Shown here in pieces: positions 18,314 through 27,720 of a stretch of 50,129 nt of DNA. Within the stretch, counting starts at the first letter, position 1. Each line of letters opens with the position of its first letter. This DNA comes from an uncultured Muribaculaceae bacterium (lineage in GTDB: Bacteria; Bacillota_I; Bacilli_A; RF39; UBA660): NCBI GenBank assembly GCA_964491535.1, contig CAZBGR010000003.1, positions 1 to 50,129 of the forward strand. The letters are read 5' to 3'. Below the pieces are notes generated by a model. The model saw only the letters and a program-made list of their open reading frames with translations. It searched no databases and had not been told where the DNA came from. The translations under genes were made by a program, and so were the position numbers.

Positions 18314-19840
18314 ATGAATCGGTTTTTAAAAAATAGTGTTTTCTTTTTTATTTTTTTATCAGTTCTTACTATTATTATTAGTGGCCTTGGTCATTTGTTT
18401 TCATGGCAAGCTATTTATTTTAAAATTAATCCTATTACTAATAATTTAGAGAGGGTTGTTATTGCTGTTGATAATTTAATAAGTGCGGAAGGGTTGCGCT
18501 TTATTATTGGTCAAGCTATTACTAATTTTATAAGTTTTGCTCCGCTTGGTATGTTAATTGTATCTTTAATTGGGATTGGGGTCGCTTATCGATCGGGTTT
18601 ATTACCTGTTTTGTTTAGTTGGATAGGTAAAAAGTTAAATCGTTTCTGGTTAACCTTTTTAGTGGTTATCTTAGGCATTTTAAGTAACTTTGGAGGGGAG
18701 ATAGGTTTTGTTTTATTAATTCCTTTAGCTGCTCTTTTGTTCCTTGTTAATCGCCGTAATCCAATGGTTGGGATTATAGTTGCTTTTGTTAGTATTGCCT
18801 CTGGTTTTGGTATTAATTTTATAACTACTAATCTTGATTCTAATTTAATTTCTTATACCAATTTAGCAGGTCTTTTAGTTGATGAGGATTTTACAATTAA
18901 TATTTTCGCTAATGTATATTTTAATATTATTACTTCTTTTGTTTTTGCTTTCTTTATTACTTATTTGACAGAAAAAGTTATTATTCCAAGAATGCCTAAA
19001 TATAAACCAGAAGATGAAACTATTATAGAAGAGGTAAAAATAGCTCGTCGTGAACAAAGGGGTTTAATTTTAGCCACTATGGGCTTTGGTTTAGTAAGTT
19101 TAATTTTTATCTATATGCTTATTCCTAATCTTCCTTTGTCAGGCCTTTTACTTGATAAGGCTGAGGTTACTTATTTAGGAAAGCTATTTGGAACATTTTC
19201 TTATTTTAGTTCGGGATTAACTTATATGATAGCTTTTTTATTAGTAATTAGTGGGATATTATATGGGATTGGAGCGAAGACGATTAAAAATAGTAAAGAT
19301 CTTAATAATGCTCTAGCAAGTGGTTTAAATGATATTGGTCATTTATTAATTTTAATTTTTTTTGCTTCTCAGTTTATTGCCTTTCTTAAAAAAACTAATT
19401 TAGGAATGGTTGTTACTATTTGGTTAGTTAATTTAATAGAATTGTTAAACTTTTCTTCACTGCCTTTAATCATTATGCTTTTTATTTTAGTAGGGATAGC
19501 TAATATTCTTTTACCGTCATCGATTATTAAATGGAGTATTTTAAGTTCAGTAGTGGTACCATTATTAATGAAATCTAATATTACACCTGCTTTTACGCAA
19601 GCGATATTTAGAATTAGTGATTCAGCTACTAATATTATTACTCCTTCATTTGCTTATTTTGTTATTTTTATTGGGTTTATAGAGTTTTATAATAAAAAGG
19701 ATAATCATTTTAATTTAAGTCAAAGTTATCGTATTTTAATTATTTATATGTTTTCTATTGCTGCTCTTTGGCTATTTATTATTATTAGTTGGTATATTCT
19801 TGGAATACCAATTGGTTTAAATGTTTATCCAACAGCTTAA
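18314..19840 (+). CDS. AbgT-family transporter (p-aminobenzoyl-glutamate transporter family)
   Basis: The 508-aa polytopic protein contains GLRFIIGQAITNFISFAPLGMLIVSLIGIGVAYRSGLL, which matches the conserved AbgT N-terminal block. Confidence 0.7.
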   Translation: MNRFLKNSVFFFIFLSVLTIIISGLGHLFSWQAIYFKINPITNNLERVVIAVDNLISAEGLRFIIGQAITNFISFAPLGMLIVSLIGIGVAYRSGLLPVLFSWIGKKLNRFWLTFLVVILGILSNFGGEIGFVLLIPLAALLFLVNRRNPMVGIIVAFVSIASGFGINFITTNLDSNLISYTNLAGLLVDEDFTINIFANVYFNIITSFVFAFFITYLTEKVIIPRMPKYKPEDETIIEEVKIARREQRGLILATMGFGLVSLIFIYMLIPNLPLSGLLLDKAEVTYLGKLFGTFSYFSSGLTYMIAFLLVISGILYGIGAKTIKNSKDLNNALASGLNDIGHLLILIFFASQFIAFLKKTNLGMVVTIWLVNLIELLNFSSLPLIIMLFILVGIANILLPSSIIKWSILSSVVVPLLMKSNITPAFTQAIFRISDSATNIITPSFAYFVIFIGFIEFYNKKDNHFNLSQSYRILIIYMFSIAALWLFIIISWYILGIPIGLNVYPTA

Positions 19841-19852
19841 GGATGTGATAAC

Positions 19853-20950
19853 TTGTCATTAACCGTTGGTATTATCGGGTTACCTAATGTAGGTAAATCA
19901 ACTTTATTTAATGCAATTACTAAAAAGGGTATTTTAGCTTCTAATTATCCATTTGCAACTATTGATCCTAATATTGGGATGGTTAATGTTCCTGATAAAC
20001 GTTTGGAAATATTAGAAAGAATGTATTTACCAAAAGAATTAGGGCCGGCTTCTTTTAAGTTTATTGATATTGCTGGGTTAGTAAAAGGAGCTTCATTAGG
20101 AGAGGGTTTGGGTAATAAATTTTTAAGTCATATTAGAGAAGTTGATGCTATATGTGAAGTGATTAGATGTTTTGATGATGAACAAATTATTCATGTTGAA
20201 AACGAAGTAGATCCGATTAGAGACATTGAAATTATTAATTTAGAATTAATATTAGCTGATTTAGAGTTGGTTACTAATCGAATTAAAAAGATTGAAAAAA
20301 AAGCTAAAACTACTAAAGATAAGCAAACCATAGAAGAATTAGCTTTATTAAACAGAATTTTTGATGCTTTAAAGCAAAATATTCCTTCAATATCTTTAGT
20401 GTATAATGAAAACGAATTAAAAATTCTAAAATCATTTAAATTATTGACCTTAAAACCTATTATTTATTTAGCTAATGTAGATGAGGAACATATTATTAAA
20501 GATAATCATTATTTAAAATTAGTAAAGGAATACGCTAATAAACAAAGTAATTTAGTTATTAAAATGTGCGTTAAAATAGAATCAGAATTAAGTGAATTAA
20601 ATGATTTAGATAAATCTTTATTTTTAACAGCTTTAAAAATAAAGGAAAGTAGTTTAGATTTATTAATAAGGGCTTCTTTTTCTTTGTTAGGATTAGCTAC
20701 TTATTTTACTTGTGGTGATAAAGAAGTTAAAGCTTGGACTTTTAAAAAAGGGATGACTGCTTCTGAATGTGCGGGGCTCATTCATAGTGATTTTGAAAGG
20801 GGCTTTATTAGAGCGGAAGTTATTAGTTATGATGATTTGATTACTTATGGTAGTGAAAAAGTAGTTAAGGAAATGGGGAAAGCTAGATTGGAAGGTAAAG
20901 AATATTTAATGCGGGATGGGGATATTTGTCATTTTAGGTTTAATGTTTAA
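19853..20950 (+). CDS. ychF: redox-regulated ribosome-binding ATPase YchF
   Basis: The ORF has the G1 motif GLPNVGKST, a TGS domain, and the C-terminal end DGDICHFRFNV. It starts at a TTG after AAGGATG. Confidence 0.95.
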   Translation: MSLTVGIIGLPNVGKSTLFNAITKKGILASNYPFATIDPNIGMVNVPDKRLEILERMYLPKELGPASFKFIDIAGLVKGASLGEGLGNKFLSHIREVDAICEVIRCFDDEQIIHVENEVDPIRDIEIINLELILADLELVTNRIKKIEKKAKTTKDKQTIEELALLNRIFDALKQNIPSISLVYNENELKILKSFKLLTLKPIIYLANVDEEHIIKDNHYLKLVKEYANKQSNLVIKMCVKIESELSELNDLDKSLFLTALKIKESSLDLLIRASFSLLGLATYFTCGDKEVKAWTFKKGMTASECAGLIHSDFERGFIRAEVISYDDLITYGSEKVVKEMGKARLEGKEYLMRDGDICHFRFNV

Positions 20951-21082
20951 AAATATAACGAACTAATAATATAATATTAATAACAATTTAAAATTAAATT
21001 AAGGTTGCAATGTTTAAACAAACATTATATACTATAAATATAAAAATTATTAAATATTTATGTGGTTATAAGTTATAATGTT

Positions 21083-21150
21083 TGTTATAATTAAAATTAG
21101 GCTTTTACTCCTTGCTTCTAAAAGTTAGAAGCCGGTGGCCGAAAGGAGGG
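21083..21150 (+). promoter_or_regulatory. rpsF operon promoter (extended -10 TGTTATAAT) plus SD-sequestering leader hairpin (candidate S6:S18 autoregulatory leader)
   Basis: TGnTATAAT lies at 21083-21091. An inner hairpin pairs 21114-21121 with 21125-21132. An outer pairing joins CTCCTT (21108-21113) to the SD AAGGAG (21143-21148), with an asymmetric CCG-containing 3' loop between them. Confidence 0.4.
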
Positions 21151-21155
21151 ATATC

Positions 21156-21452
21156 GTGAACTATGAGATTATGTTTATTGTTAAACCAGCTTTGGAAGAA
21201 AATGAATTAAAGTTAGTAGTTACTGATTTTGAACAAATATTAACTAACAATAAAGCTAAAATAATATCTTCTAAAGAGATGGGGCAACAAAGTTTAGCAT
21301 ATGAAATAAAAAAACATAAGAGTGGTTATTATTTTCTTTATGAGGTAGAACTTAATGATAGTAAAAAGTTAAAAGAAATAAATCGTTTGATATTATTGAA
21401 CGAAAATATAATTCGTTTTATGATTGTTAAAAAAGAGAAAGAAAAGAGGTAA
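21156..21452 (+). CDS. rpsF: 30S ribosomal protein S6
   Basis: MNYEIMFIVKP... is a canonical S6 start. I prefer the GTG at 21156, 5 nt after AAGGAGGG, over the track's upstream GTG at 21135. Confidence 0.9.
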   Translation: MNYEIMFIVKPALEENELKLVVTDFEQILTNNKAKIISSKEMGQQSLAYEIKKHKSGYYFLYEVELNDSKKLKEINRLILLNENIIRFMIVKKEKEKR

Positions 21453-21455
21453 ATT

Positions 21456-21905
21456 ATGAATAAAGCTTTTTTAGTTGGACGTTTAACAAAGGATCCAGAA
21501 CTTAGATATTTATCAGATAATACGGCCGTAGTTAATTTTACGATTGCTATTAATCGCCTTTACACTAATCAAAGTGGTGAAAGAGAAGCTGATTTTATTA
21601 ATGTGGTAGTTTGGCGCAAGCAGGCTGAAAACGTTAAAAAGTATGTTGCTAAAGGTAGTTTAGTAGCGGTTGATGGTCGAATTCAAACTAGAAATTATGA
21701 AAATCAAGAGGGGAAAAGAGTATATGTTACTGAAGTGGTAGCGGATAATGTTCAATTTTTAGATTCTAAAGGGCAACGAGTATCTAATCAAGGTTCAGTA
21801 GTTGAACCTAATAATCAAGAGGTTGCAACTACTAATGTAAGTGATGAACCATTTGCTGATTTTGGTGAAGCTTTAGAACTTAGTGAAGATGATATTGCTT
21901 TTTAA
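21456..21905 (+). CDS. ssb: single-stranded DNA-binding protein
   Basis: The N-terminal OB fold (MNKAFLVGRLTKDPELRY) and the acidic C-terminal tip DDIAF are both present. Confidence 0.95.
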   Translation: MNKAFLVGRLTKDPELRYLSDNTAVVNFTIAINRLYTNQSGEREADFINVVVWRKQAENVKKYVAKGSLVAVDGRIQTRNYENQEGKRVYVTEVVADNVQFLDSKGQRVSNQGSVVEPNNQEVATTNVSDEPFADFGEALELSEDDIAF

Positions 21906-21920
21906 AGGAGGGGATAATTA

Positions 21921-22133
21921 ATGGAAGGATTTAGAAAAAGAAAAAAAATATGTCAAATGTGTGCTGGTCGTGATGTAAAATTTACTGATGTTGAGACAAT
22001 TAAAAAATATATTAATGAAAAAGGGAAAATAGTACCAAGAAGAGTAACTGGAACTTGTGCTAAACATCAACGTCATATTGCTAATGAGGTTAAAAAGGCT
22101 CGCTTAATGGCTTTAATACCATTTGTTAAATAA
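21921..22133 (+). CDS. rpsR: 30S ribosomal protein S18
   Basis: The sequence KKYINEKGKIVPRRVTGTCAKHQRHIANEVKKARLMALIPF is a clear S18 match. Confidence 0.95.
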   Translation: MEGFRKRKKICQMCAGRDVKFTDVETIKKYINEKGKIVPRRVTGTCAKHQRHIANEVKKARLMALIPFVK

Positions 22134-22154
22134 GACTTAAACAAGTCTTTTTTT
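22132..22154 (+). terminator. intrinsic terminator after rpsR
   Basis: Hairpin AGACTT-AAAC-AAGTCT is followed by T7. Confidence 0.7.
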
Positions 22155-22252
22155 AATATATTTTTTTTAATCTGACAATGCAATTTACTTATTTATTAAT
22201 CCATAGTATAATTTAGTTACTAATCCTTAAAAATTGATGGGTGGCTAAAGAA

Positions 22253-23227
22253 ATGATTAATGTTAAGAAAGTGAAAAATTTAATAACTAAAGCATCTAAT
22301 GTAATTGTTATGTCTCATAAAAATTTAGATCTTGATGCTTTAGGGTCTTCTTTAGGAATTTATTATCTTTCTTTACATTTAAAAAAAGATGTTTATTTAT
22401 TGATTGAAAAAGAAAAGTTAGAAAAGGGAGTATCACGAGCGCTTTATCAATTAAAAACTAAAGGAATTGAACTTAATATTAAATCACTTAGTGAATTAAA
22501 GTCAATTATTAATCAAGATACTCTTTTAATAGTTGTTGATGTTCATATTCCTCATTTAACTCAAAATGAAAAAGCTTTAACTATGATTAATAACTTAATA
22601 GTAATTGATCATCATATTGTCGATAGGGATATTATTTTAAATCCTAATTATGAATATATAAATGAAAATATTTCTAGTGCTTCAGAAATAATTGCTATTT
22701 TAATAAAAAGATTAAAAGTAGTTATTCCTTCTTATATAGCGACTGTTATCTTAGCCGGAATTATAGTTGATACTAATAGTTTTTCAATAAAAACTAATTC
22801 TTTAACTCATAAAGTAGCTTCCTTTCTTCATCTTATAATTGATGAGGCTAAGGAATTGCCTTATTTATTAAAAGAAGATTTTGATAGATATCTTAAAAGA
22901 CAAACTTTGATTAATAATTTAGATATAATTAATCATCAAATTGCTATTGCTATCGCTTCTAATGATGAACTTTATTATAAAGAAGAATTAGCTAAGGTGG
23001 CAGGTACTATATTGCGTTTTGATGAGATTGAATGTTCTTTTACAATTGCTAAAATAGCAAAAAACAAAGTAGGAATAAGTGCTAGGTCATTAGGAAGCGT
23101 AGATGTTCAAAAAATAATGGAACATATTGGGGGTGGTGGTCATATAACTGATGCCGCTACTCAATTAGAAAAAATATCAATTAAAGATGCTAAAGGGATG
23201 TTATTAGCGATTATCGAGAAAAATTAA
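22253..23227 (+). CDS. stand-alone DHH/DHHA1 phosphoesterase (DhhP/NrnA-like; candidate c-di-AMP or nanoRNA phosphodiesterase)
   Basis: DHH motifs are present (DLDALGS, VDVH, IDHH, DTNSF), as is the DHHA1 motif GGGGH. There is no TM, PAS or GGDEF region. The ATG at 22253 is better spaced from GGGTGG than the GTG at 22241. Confidence 0.8.
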   Translation: MINVKKVKNLITKASNVIVMSHKNLDLDALGSSLGIYYLSLHLKKDVYLLIEKEKLEKGVSRALYQLKTKGIELNIKSLSELKSIINQDTLLIVVDVHIPHLTQNEKALTMINNLIVIDHHIVDRDIILNPNYEYINENISSASEIIAILIKRLKVVIPSYIATVILAGIIVDTNSFSIKTNSLTHKVASFLHLIIDEAKELPYLLKEDFDRYLKRQTLINNLDIINHQIAIAIASNDELYYKEELAKVAGTILRFDEIECSFTIAKIAKNKVGISARSLGSVDVQKIMEHIGGGGHITDAATQLEKISIKDAKGMLLAIIEKN

Positions 23228-23238
23228 AGGAGGTTTAA

Positions 23239-23682
23239 GTGAAGATAATTTTTATTGAAGATGTAAAAGGTCAAGGTCGAAAGGGAGAAATTAAGGAAGT
23301 TAAAGCAGGTTATGCCTATAATTATTTGTTTAAAAATAATTATGCAGTACCGTTAACTAATGCTAATTTAAATCGTTTGAAGGAAGAAAAAGAAATTAAA
23401 AATAAAAAAGAAAATGAAGAGCTTAATTATTTTAAGGAATTAAAACAAAAACTAAAATTAGAAAAATTAGGTTTTAAAGTTAAAACAGGTTCTAAAGATA
23501 AGTTGTTTGGTAGTATTTCTTCAAAACAAATAAGTGTTAAATTAAAAAATCTCGGTTATGAAATTGATCGTAAAAAGATTATCTTACCTAAAGCTCTTAC
23601 TAAATTAGGAACTCATCAAATTAAATTATTACTTCATAAGCAGGTAACAGCTAATTTAGAAATAGAATTAATTAAAGAATAG
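23239..23682 (+). CDS. rplI: 50S ribosomal protein L9
   Basis: MKIIFIEDVKGQGRKGEIKEVKAGYAYNYL is a canonical L9 N-terminus. The GTG start follows AAGGAGG. Confidence 0.95.
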   Translation: MKIIFIEDVKGQGRKGEIKEVKAGYAYNYLFKNNYAVPLTNANLNRLKEEKEIKNKKENEELNYFKELKQKLKLEKLGFKVKTGSKDKLFGSISSKQISVKLKNLGYEIDRKKIILPKALTKLGTHQIKLLLHKQVTANLEIELIKE

Positions 23683-23693
23683 TGGTGATAAAA

Positions 23694-25043
23694 ATGGCAA
23701 AACGTGTTCTACCACATAATGTTGAGGCTGAAAGGTCAGTCTTAGGGGCTACTTTTATATCTTCTTTTGCTTTGCAAAAAGTAAAAGAAGAATTAACAGC
23801 GGAGGCTTTTTATGTTGAAGCTCATCGTAAAATTTTTGAAGTAATTGAAAAATTAAGTAATGATCATATTCCTCTTGATGTAACGACAGTTACTAATGCA
23901 TTGGAAGATAAAAAGGAATTAACAGCTATTGGGGGTGTTGATTATTTATTAGCTTTAGTAAATTCGGTTCCTAGTGCAGCTAATGTGGATTATTATATTG
24001 CTATAGTTAATGAGAAGGCAGTTTTAAGAAGGCTTATTGAGGTGGCAGGGTTTATTGCTGAAAGTGCTTATGATAGTGAGATAGATGTTAATGAAACTTT
24101 AGATGAAGCTGAAAGAAAGGTATTTAGTGTTACTAAATCAAGAAGAGCTAGTGAATTTAGAAAGATTCAAGATATTTTATCTAAAGCTCAAGCTGATTTA
24201 GAAAAGCTAGCTGAAACAGCCGATGATGTAACGGGTATTCCATCAGGTTTTGGGGATCTTGATCGTTTAACTTCTGGTTTCCATGGTAATGAATTAATTG
24301 TTTTAGCTTCACGTCCAGGCATGGGTAAAACAGCTTTTGCTTTAAATGTAGCTACTTCGGTAGCTATTAGTACTGATTTAACAGTAGCTTTCTTTAATCT
24401 TGAAATGAGTGCCGAACAATTAGCGATTAGAATGATTAGTTCTTTAGGGCAAGTACCAATGAATAAACTTAGAACTGGTAAATTAGAGCATAATGATTGG
24501 AAACGAGTTAATGAAGCAATTAGTCAGTTAGCAGACACTTCTATTTTTATTGATGATACTCCAGGTATTACAATTGGGGAGATAAAAGCTAAATGTCGTC
24601 GTTTAGCGTCTTCTTCCTCAGGTTTAGGGTTAATAATTATTGATTATTTGCAATTGGTTTTAAGTAGTAATCGTTATATGGGAAATCGTCAACAAGAAGT
24701 ATCAGAAATTTCTAGATCATTAAAAACACTAGCTAATGAGTTAGATGTTCCAATCATCGCTTTAGCGCAATTATCAAGAGCAGTTGAAGGTAGAGAAAAT
24801 AAAAGACCGTTAATGAGTGATTTAAGGGAATCAGGTTCAATTGAACAAGATGCTGACATAGTGTCATTTATATATCGTGAAGATTATTATAACAAAGATG
24901 CTAGACTTGATGACTTTAAAAGTGAAACAGAATTTATTATTGGTAAAAATCGTAATGGGCCAACTAATACTATTGATTTGTTGTTTAAACGTAATACAGG
25001 AACATTCTTAAATTATCATAAGGAGGAAGTAGACGAAGGATGA
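23694..25043 (+). CDS. dnaB: replicative DNA helicase (DnaB family; DnaC in B. subtilis nomenclature)
   Basis: LPHNVEAERSVLG is a typical N-terminus and the Walker A GMGKTAF is present, in RecA-like DnaB layout. I prefer the ATG at 23694 over the GTG at 23682. Confidence 0.95.
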   Translation: MAKRVLPHNVEAERSVLGATFISSFALQKVKEELTAEAFYVEAHRKIFEVIEKLSNDHIPLDVTTVTNALEDKKELTAIGGVDYLLALVNSVPSAANVDYYIAIVNEKAVLRRLIEVAGFIAESAYDSEIDVNETLDEAERKVFSVTKSRRASEFRKIQDILSKAQADLEKLAETADDVTGIPSGFGDLDRLTSGFHGNELIVLASRPGMGKTAFALNVATSVAISTDLTVAFFNLEMSAEQLAIRMISSLGQVPMNKLRTGKLEHNDWKRVNEAISQLADTSIFIDDTPGITIGEIKAKCRRLASSSSGLGLIIIDYLQLVLSSNRYMGNRQQEVSEISRSLKTLANELDVPIIALAQLSRAVEGRENKRPLMSDLRESGSIEQDADIVSFIYREDYYNKDARLDDFKSETEFIIGKNRNGPTNTIDLLFKRNTGTFLNYHKEEVDEG

Positions 25044-25786
25044 AGATTTCTATCTTAGCTAGTGGGAGTAAAGGTAATGCTACTTTTGTTCAAATTGATA
25101 ATACTAAAATATTAATTGATTTAGGAGTTTCTTGTAAATATATAGAACAAAAATTAAAAGAAATAAATGTTTCCCCTAAAGAGATTAAATATGTTTTAAT
25201 AACTCATACTCATAGTGATCATATTAATGGCTTAGTTGCTTTTTATCAAAAATATAAACCAATTATTTATATTATGCCTAAGATGTTGCCTATATTAAAA
25301 GAATATTTAAATGATTTTAATTATTGTTTTTATGATAATGGTAAAATTGATGATATTTTAGTAAATATTATTAAAACATCTCACGATAGTGAAGATTCAG
25401 TTGGGTTTTTAATTGATGAAAGATTAGTATATATAACAGATACTGGTTATTTAAATGAACGTTATTTTAAATTATTAGAAAATAAAGAGGTTTATATTTT
25501 AGAAAGTAATCATGATCTTGAGATGTTGATGAATAGCAATTATCCTTATTATTTAAAACAACGGATCTGGAGTGATAAGGGTCATTTATCTAATAAAATG
25601 GCTTCTTTTTATTTGTCAAAATTAATTGGTAATAAGACTAAATATATTTTTTTAGCTCATCTTAGTCAAGAAAATAATAATCAAAAGTTAGCTTTAGATA
25701 CTTTACTTTCTTATATAGATGAAGGACAAGTTAAAAGAATTATAATTGCTAATCAAGATGAAAGAACTGAATTAATAACTATCTAG
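25040..25786 (+). CDS. MBL-fold metallo-hydrolase (YycJ/WalJ-like)
   Basis: The HTHSDH zinc motif is present in a 248-aa ORF. The gene overlaps the dnaB stop (ATGA). Confidence 0.75.
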   Translation: MKISILASGSKGNATFVQIDNTKILIDLGVSCKYIEQKLKEINVSPKEIKYVLITHTHSDHINGLVAFYQKYKPIIYIMPKMLPILKEYLNDFNYCFYDNGKIDDILVNIIKTSHDSEDSVGFLIDERLVYITDTGYLNERYFKLLENKEVYILESNHDLEMLMNSNYPYYLKQRIWSDKGHLSNKMASFYLSKLIGNKTKYIFLAHLSQENNNQKLALDTLLSYIDEGQVKRIIIANQDERTELITI

Positions 25787-25945
25787 TCTAATTATAAAAA
25801 TCACTTGTCATTAACTAGACTAAATGTTTAATGTAAATTAAAATATTTTATTTTGTTTATTTAAAAGCTAAAAATAAAACTTAGTTAACATTAATTTAAG
25901 TAATAAAATCTTTTTTATTAATAATCATTTTATTACTTATTATTA

Positions 25946-25999
25946 TGTTATAATGAAAGAGAGCTAAAGAGTTCTCGGTTGAGAACTTTTCTTAATTTT
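25946..25999 (+). promoter_or_regulatory. pyrG promoter (TGTTATAAT) and leader intrinsic terminator (attenuator)
   Basis: The extended -10 lies at 25946-25954. A hairpin pairs 25967-25976 with 25981-25990 (core AGTTCTC-GGTT-GAGAACT), followed by TTTTCTTAATTTT. The structure ends 11 nt before the pyrG ATG region. Confidence 0.5.
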
Positions 26000-26010
26000 G
26001 GAGGTGTAAT

Positions 26011-27660
26011 ATGATTAAGTATATTTTTGTAGTGGGAGGAGTTTTATCTTCAGTAGGAAAGGGTATTGCCGCTGCTTCATCAGCTAAATTATTAGAATCA
26101 AGAGGTTATAATGTAACTTGTGTTAAAATAGACCCTTATATAAATGTAGACGCTGGAACAATGCATTCATCTGAACATGGTGAGGTTTTTGTTACTGAAG
26201 ATGGCGATGAAACTGATCAAGACATTGGTAATTATGAAAGATTTTTAGATAAAGATATTTTATCATCTAATTATATGACTACTGGTCGTGTTTATAGGAC
26301 GGTTATTAATGATGAACGTAATTTAAAATATAAGGGAAAATGTGTTGAAGTAGTTCCTCATATTCCATTAGAGGTTATTAGACGGATAAAAAAGGCAGCT
26401 AAGAAAACTAAAGCAGATATTGTAATTACAGAGATAGGTGGTACGGTAGGAGAATATCAAAACCTTTTGTTTTTAGAAGCTGCCCGAATGATGAAATTAG
26501 AACAGCCTAAAGATGTAGCTTTTATTATGGTTTCTTATTTACCAATTTTAAAAATGGTTGGTGAAATTAAAACTAAACCTACTCAAGCTGCCGTTAGGGT
26601 CTTAAATTCAGCTGGTATTCAGCCTGATATTTTATTATGTCGGGCTGAGGAAGAGCTTGATGATAAAAGACGTGAAAAATTATCTATTTCTTGTAATATG
26701 ACTAAAGATTGTATTATTTCAGCGCCTGATGTTAAATTAATTTATGATATTGCTCTTAATTTTAAAAAAGGGAATTTAGATGATCGGTTGATTGAAATTT
26801 TAGGGTTAGAAATAAAAGAAGCTAATCAAAAATTGGCAGAATGGGCGGTTTTAGCAAAAAAGATTAAAACCGTAAGCAATGAAATAAATATAGGTATTTT
26901 AGGAACCCGTTACAAAAATGATAATTATGTATTAGAAGATTCATATCTTTCGGTTATTGAAGCAATTAAGCATGCGGCTTGGTTTTATAATAAAAAACCA
27001 GTTATTAATTGGATTTATGCAGATGAATATGAAACTAATCCTAATAAATTAAGTGAGTTAATTTCTTGTGATGGAATTATAATTCCAGATAGTTTTGAAT
27101 TAGAGAGTATTGAAGGTAAAATTAAAGTTATTAGCTTTATTAGGGAGCATCATATTCCCTTTTTAGGTTTGGGGCAAGGAATGCAATTAGCAGTTATTGA
27201 ATTTGCTAGATTATTAGGGTTAGAAGATGCTACTATTGAAGGAGATAATTATAATAGTAAAAATATAGTTATTCAAAAAGTAAATTATCAACGAGGGGGA
27301 AATAATAATCTTAATTATAAAGAAGATATATGTTTAGGGGCTTATCCTTGTTTAATAAAAAAGGGGACTAAAGCTTATGATTGTTATCAAAAGGAAAAAA
27401 TATCAGAACGTCATCGTCATCGTTATCAATTTAATAATCAATATCGTCATACTTTAGAAGCTAAAGGTTTGATAATTTCAGGTATGTCACCTAATCAAGA
27501 GTTAGTCGAAATAATTGAATTAGCTAATCATCCTTTTTATATTGGAACTCAGTTTCATCCTGAATTTAAAAGCCGGCCATTGAAACCACATCCTTTATTT
27601 TTATCATTTATAGAGGCGTTAGCAAGTAAAAGAAAAAGTAGTTTAAAAGCTTGTCAATAG
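26011..27660 (+). CDS. pyrG: CTP synthase
   Basis: MIKYIFVVGGVLSSVGKGI is a canonical N-terminus, and the C-terminal glutamine amidotransferase domain carries the FHPEF motif. The usual GxCxG nucleophile region reads GLGQGMQ here. Confidence 0.9.
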   Translation: MIKYIFVVGGVLSSVGKGIAAASSAKLLESRGYNVTCVKIDPYINVDAGTMHSSEHGEVFVTEDGDETDQDIGNYERFLDKDILSSNYMTTGRVYRTVINDERNLKYKGKCVEVVPHIPLEVIRRIKKAAKKTKADIVITEIGGTVGEYQNLLFLEAARMMKLEQPKDVAFIMVSYLPILKMVGEIKTKPTQAAVRVLNSAGIQPDILLCRAEEELDDKRREKLSISCNMTKDCIISAPDVKLIYDIALNFKKGNLDDRLIEILGLEIKEANQKLAEWAVLAKKIKTVSNEINIGILGTRYKNDNYVLEDSYLSVIEAIKHAAWFYNKKPVINWIYADEYETNPNKLSELISCDGIIIPDSFELESIEGKIKVISFIREHHIPFLGLGQGMQLAVIEFARLLGLEDATIEGDNYNSKNIVIQKVNYQRGGNNNLNYKEDICLGAYPCLIKKGTKAYDCYQKEKISERHRHRYQFNNQYRHTLEAKGLIISGMSPNQELVEIIELANHPFYIGTQFHPEFKSRPLKPHPLFLSFIEALASKRKSSLKACQ

Positions 27661-27684
27661 TGTTATAAATATTAACTTTTTTGG

Positions 27685-27720
27685 TTTATCATAACTTTTA
27701 TATTTTTATCATAACTTTTA
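27685..27720. repeat. two perfect 16-bp direct repeats TTTATCATAACTTTTA with 20-bp periodicity
   Basis: Copies lie at 27685-27700 and 27705-27720, read directly from the sequence. A third partial copy, TTTATCATGA, lies at 27756-27765. Confidence 0.6.
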
